Positions 60,132 through 64,000 of a stretch of 64,000 nucleotides of DNA are shown piece by piece (position 1 is the stretch's first letter; every line of letters begins with the position of its first letter). A program made the position numbers and the translations under genes. Where the stretch lies: NCBI GenBank assembly GCA_043824255.1, contig JBDRTG010000047.1, positions 32,001 through 96,000 of the forward strand, in the 5' to 3' direction. The notes below the pieces were generated by a model. That model was given only the letters and a program-made list of their open reading frames with translations. It was not told the origin of the DNA and made no database searches. The stretch comes from a bacterium. GTDB lineage: Bacteria; JAHJDO01.

Positions 60132-61577
60132 TCACTTCTCACACTTCCAGACAATATCGTAGTTGATATTTGCTTTTCTTTCAGCGTCAGTTTTTGCCTT
60201 GCCTATGAATCTTGGAATTCCTCCGTCATCTTTCATATTAGGTCCTAAGCTATAAAGTATAAATCCATGCTTTGCTCTTTTGTAGATTAGGTTCATATCT
60301 GTGAACGGATCAGAGGGAATTTTCTCCAAAATATCAGGAGTGAGTTTAGCTAATGAGTCTGGATATGTCCCATATTTCGCTTTATAAATCTTGAGAGCAA
60401 GCCCAGTTCTGCATACCTGAATTCGCGCTTCATGAAGTGACATCTGTTCTCTAACTCTAGTCAAGGCAGGAATAAGCATTCTTGTTAATACGCAGTATTT
60501 AGGAATGCCTGTTTTGAATCTAGATTCTATGTTATTCCCCGCAGTTATACTTTCAGAATACGGCATGTTGTAGAGTCCCTTTATGTCAGACATTAAACTC
60601 AAATAGCAGGCAAAATCTTTTTTGAGAAGCGGTCTAAAGGGAGGCGTTGCTGCTAGGCAAGCTAATTTGGGAAAGAATTCGTCGCTGCTTCCCAAAAAAA
60701 GTTGATATAAAGCTTTTAATTCTTTTATAGATATAGAATATTTTCTGTTAATCAGCTTATTGAATTCTATTCCTGCAAAAACTCTGTCTCCGTCCATGCT
60801 CTTTTTAAATGGCTCTGCTCCAATATGATTTTTTAGTTCAGTGATAAGACTTCTCATTCTTTTTTGAGAGATACTATATTTGCTTGATAACGACTCTATA
60901 CAGTTTATCATGATGCTATCACATGCTATTCTTACAAGCTGTGAGATTATAGTAGGTTCATCTTTCAGATGATTGGATATCCTCAATCCCGTGAGAATTG
61001 TATCAAAAGCTTTGTCTGGGTTTCCTGCGTCAGCTTCAATTAATGCTTTTACACATAACAGTCTTGCCAAAGCTCTCATTTTTGATAACTGAGGAAGACG
61101 CATGCCTGCTCCATCTTCATACTTCAAATTAAAATTGCATTCAGGTCTTTTGGAAGCTTGTTCAAGAAGAGCATAAATGTATTGCATATCAGAAGAATCA
61201 ACAAGTTTAGAGATTTCTTGTCTTTGCCTTTCTGTCCACTTTGAGATATCTGAATAAGACTTGACATCTTCAATAATTGTAATTGTTTTGTTAAGTTTAC
61301 CACCATCTTTATTTGGAATATAAGGCTTTCCTTCTTCAGATGTCATTAGCACAAATACTTTATTATAAAGCATGGCTGCATTCTCATTATCAGGCACTGG
61401 AGCAGGCCTAAACTCTGCAACTGTTATTGGCTCACCCTTTGCCTTTAGCTCTGCGAGTTTGGCGCGAAGCTCTCTACCCCACACAATGTTCAGAATAGTA
61501 TGAATAATAATACTCAGTATCAACAATCCGCCTATGACAATTCCTGTCCATTTCAGTATTTTTTTCAGCATTCTCAT
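60132..61577 (-). CDS. Membrane-anchored hypothetical protein with GspG-like C-terminal motif
   Basis: N-terminal TM; P.VPD.ENAA; C-terminal YP.SL..L.P...DPF....Y...LYSLGPN..DDGG. Confidence 0.65.
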   Translation of the reverse strand: MRMLKKILKWTGIVIGGLLILSIIIHTILNIVWGRELRAKLAELKAKGEPITVAEFRPAPVPDNENAAMLYNKVFVLMTSEEGKPYIPNKDGGKLNKTITIIEDVKSYSDISKWTERQRQEISKLVDSSDMQYIYALLEQASKRPECNFNLKYEDGAGMRLPQLSKMRALARLLCVKALIEADAGNPDKAFDTILTGLRISNHLKDEPTIISQLVRIACDSIMINCIESLSSKYSISQKRMRSLITELKNHIGAEPFKKSMDGDRVFAGIEFNKLINRKYSISIKELKALYQLFLGSSDEFFPKLACLAATPPFRPLLKKDFACYLSLMSDIKGLYNMPYSESITAGNNIESRFKTGIPKYCVLTRMLIPALTRVREQMSLHEARIQVCRTGLALKIYKAKYGTYPDSLAKLTPDILEKIPSDPFTDMNLIYKRAKHGFILYSLGPNMKDDGGIPRFIGKAKTDAERKANINYDIVWKCEK

Positions 61578-61608
61578 GACAATCCTCCTAGAAATTTGTC
61601 TAAAAAAA

Positions 61609-62226
61609 TTACAGATTTTTTATTCTATCACCTGCCTGCTGGGCATGTTTGGTATCAGGGAGTTTTGTAATTATATCATTTAATACAATAGCGGCTTTAT
61701 CTTTACTGTTCAGATTATTGAGATAGATATCAACTAACCTGTTCTTTACAAATACCCATGTATTACTATCCGTAATAAAATCCAATGCTTTATTATAGTA
61801 CTCAATAGCTAAATCGAAACTTTTAAGATTTTCGTGATATATCTGAGCAATCTCCAGCATCAGATCGTGATTTATAGGGTCATTATCAAGCTCTTTCTTA
61901 TATTCCTCCACTGCTCTGTCATAATATCCTTGAGCAGTTAACGCTTTTATACGGCTGCATTCCTTTATTACCTTACCTTTGTTTTTGGGAAAAATAAATC
62001 CAAAGAATTTGTCAGCCAGCCAGCCGGAGAAATCGGGAGCTAACAGGGCTCCAAGACACAGAGCCCAGAAAACCATTATGAGCAGATTGGCAATCGCGCC
62101 ACCAGCATCTCCTGATTGCTTTGCAATAATTAATAATTTAAGAGTTCTCTGCCCAAACCATAAAACAACAAGTACGGCGAGAACATGGATGGATTTTTTT
62201 AAGACGTCCTGATATTTTTCTCTCAC
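61609..62226 (-). CDS. Membrane-anchored TPR protein
   Basis: Two TM helices followed by TPR-like repeats. Confidence 0.7.
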   Translation of the reverse strand: MREKYQDVLKKSIHVLAVLVVLWFGQRTLKLLIIAKQSGDAGGAIANLLIMVFWALCLGALLAPDFSGWLADKFFGFIFPKNKGKVIKECSRIKALTAQGYYDRAVEEYKKELDNDPINHDLMLEIAQIYHENLKSFDLAIEYYNKALDFITDSNTWVFVKNRLVDIYLNNLNSKDKAAIVLNDIITKLPDTKHAQQAGDRIKNL

Positions 62227-63269
62227 AGCTTTTTGAATTCGGACTGATTCTTGACTTTTGCAATAGCTGATTCGTAAGAAATAGCACCTCTCTGATACAA
62301 TTCCTTAATGGATTTATCCATGGTATGCATACCGAATTTGCCACCAGTTTGAAGTATTGTAGAAATCTGTTCTGTCTTTTGTTCTCTTATTATATTTCTC
62401 ACAGCAGGAGTTGCAACAAGAATTTCTGTTGCGACTATTCTTCCGGTTCTATCTGTCCTGGGAAAAAGCTGCTGAGAAACTATTCCCTGAATACTTCCTG
62501 CAAGCTGAATTCTGACCTGTTGCTGCTGGTGAGGAGGGAAAACATCTATAATCCTATCCACTGTTTGCTCAACATCCGGCGTGTGTAAGGTTGTTAAAAC
62601 CAAATGACCTGTCTCTGCGGCTGTTAGAGCTGTAGATATAGTTTCTAAATCACGCATCTCACCTACACATATTATATCCGGATCCTGGCGCAAAACATGC
62701 CTCAATGCGTTTGCAAAAGACTTGGTGTCAGAATGTACTTCGCGTTGTTTTATTATGCTTTTTTTATGGCTGTGAAGATACTCAATAGGATCCTCCACTG
62801 TAATAATCAAAGAAGCTCTTTCACTATTTATCAAATCAATCATTGCAGCAAGCGTTGTGGTTTTTCCAACGCCAGTTGGCCCGGTAATCAAAACCAGCCC
62901 GTTTGGTTTGCGTGAAAGCTCTGTAACAATAGAAGGCATCTCAAGGTCTTTGAGTGTTCTAATATTTAATGATATACTTCTAAAGGCTGCTTCAACATTC
63001 CCTTTTTCAAGATGAACATTTACCCTGAAACGGCCTAAGTCAGGTATGGCAAAAGAAAAATCAAGTTCCCAGTTTTCCTCAAATTCAACCTTCTGCTCAT
63101 CTGTTAGTATATTATATATCATGTTCTTAGTGTCATCCCCGCTTAAAGGACTGTAGTCCGTAGAAACAAGTTTGCCGTCTGTACGCAAGATAGGAGGAGC
63201 GCCTTCTGTTATGTGTAAATCTGATGCTCCTTTATCCATTGTCAATTTCAATAAATCTTGAATATCCAT
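62223..63269 (-). CDS. pilT: Type IV pilus retraction ATPase PilT
   Basis: ASDLH, GPTGVGKTTT, EDPIE, GEMRD, TGHLV, AVRNIIRE. Confidence 0.92.
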   Translation of the reverse strand: MDIQDLLKLTMDKGASDLHITEGAPPILRTDGKLVSTDYSPLSGDDTKNMIYNILTDEQKVEFEENWELDFSFAIPDLGRFRVNVHLEKGNVEAAFRSISLNIRTLKDLEMPSIVTELSRKPNGLVLITGPTGVGKTTTLAAMIDLINSERASLIITVEDPIEYLHSHKKSIIKQREVHSDTKSFANALRHVLRQDPDIICVGEMRDLETISTALTAAETGHLVLTTLHTPDVEQTVDRIIDVFPPHQQQQVRIQLAGSIQGIVSQQLFPRTDRTGRIVATEILVATPAVRNIIREQKTEQISTILQTGGKFGMHTMDKSIKELYQRGAISYESAIAKVKNQSEFKKL

Positions 63270-63318
63270 AGTAACCTCCAATTATTAATTATTAATTTTC
63301 AATTTCCTTTTCCCTCTA

Positions 63319-63395
63319 ACTCATCCCCTGCCCCTTCTCTTTCAAGAGAAGGGAAAGCATATTCCCTCTCTTCTCAAGAGAGGGCTAGGGTGAGT
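63319..63395. repeat. REP-like double-hairpin element
   Basis: ACTCATCCC...GGGTGAGT enclosing hairpins CCCTTCTCTT/AAGAGAAGGG and CCCTCTCTT/AAGAGAGGG. Confidence 0.7.
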
Positions 63396-64000
63396 CCTTA
63401 AGCGTTCTACTAGTCGAGAATATGCCTTTTGTCCTTAATCTGAATTCTGCCTGGCTATCTGATGCAGAAAGCGCATCTTCATATGATATTAATCTATCCT
63501 TGTAAAACGTTTCCAAACACTGATTAAATGTCTGCATACCAAAATCCTTACTGTTTTTTATTGTGTCATAGATTTTTCCTGTTTGTCCTTCCAGCACGAG
63601 TTTTCTGATAGTAGGACTTGCAAGCATTATTTCCAAAGCTGGTATTCTTCCCTCTCCAGAAGCTAATGGCAAAAGCCGCATAGATATAACTCCTTTAAGT
63701 ATAAATGAAAGCTGCATTCTAATCTGGCGGTGCTGATGTGGAGGAAAGAAATTTATAATCCTTTCCACTGTCTGAATTGTGTCAATAGTATGAAGTGTGC
63801 TTAAAACAAGATGTCCTGTCTCAGCAGCCATTATTGCAGTTTCCACAGTTTCAGTGTCCCTCATTTCACCTATTAATATGACATCAGGACTCTGCCTGAC
63901 AACATATCTCAGGGCGCTCTTAAAACCTTTTGTATCAATACCTACTTCACGTTGCTCAATTATGCTCTTATTATCCTCATGAATAAACTCTATAGGATCC
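63385..64000 (-). CDS. Second PilT/PilU family ATPase (5' part outside window)
   Basis: DPIEF...QREVG.DT...RQSPDVILIGEMRD, AAETGHLV, GMQTF. Confidence 0.9.
   Translation of the reverse strand, partial: DPIEFIHEDNKSIIEQREVGIDTKGFKSALRYVVRQSPDVILIGEMRDTETVETAIMAAETGHLVLSTLHTIDTIQTVERIINFFPPHQHRQIRMQLSFILKGVISMRLLPLASGEGRIPALEIMLASPTIRKLVLEGQTGKIYDTIKNSKDFGMQTFNQCLETFYKDRLISYEDALSASDSQAEFRLRTKGIFSTSRTLKDSP

Noticed and set aside
10408..63982. Numerous short opposite-strand ORFs in the track (e.g. 10418-11146, 53084-53680)
   Set aside because: Antisense shadows of well-supported genes with no independent motifs.

Overview
AT-rich bacterial chromosome segment with almost all genes on the - strand. 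The organism is probably a diderm of PVC-like affinity, inferred from an outer-membrane beta-barrel, secretin-N-like domains, and DUF1559-type prepilin and DUF4838-like genes. Housekeeping blocks are: gyrA-psd-pssA-trpEGD...trpCBA-cinA; thpR-recA-alaS-ruvX; large SRP RNA-dnaX-ybaB-recR-cvpA-nth; recG-rsmD; and two PilT/PilU ATPases. About 26 kb of catabolic genes (15.6-41.6 kb) separates cinA from thpR. It holds a ROK-led aminotransferase/oxidoreductase/non-Pyl MttB cluster, a GntR-led prepilin/DUF4838 locus and kbl-racemase-tdh. The top observation is a 654-nt ORF-less group II intron (28861-29514, -) inserted 1 nt after the ATG of the prepilin gene. Splicing restores the frame exactly, and the intron's domain VI carries its own Shine-Dalgarno and in-frame ATG, so the gene could be made with or without splicing. 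The second is a candidate programmed -1 frameshift cassette in dnaX. No tRNA, rRNA, CRISPR array, transposase or integrase was seen. All family calls are by motif recognition, not database search.
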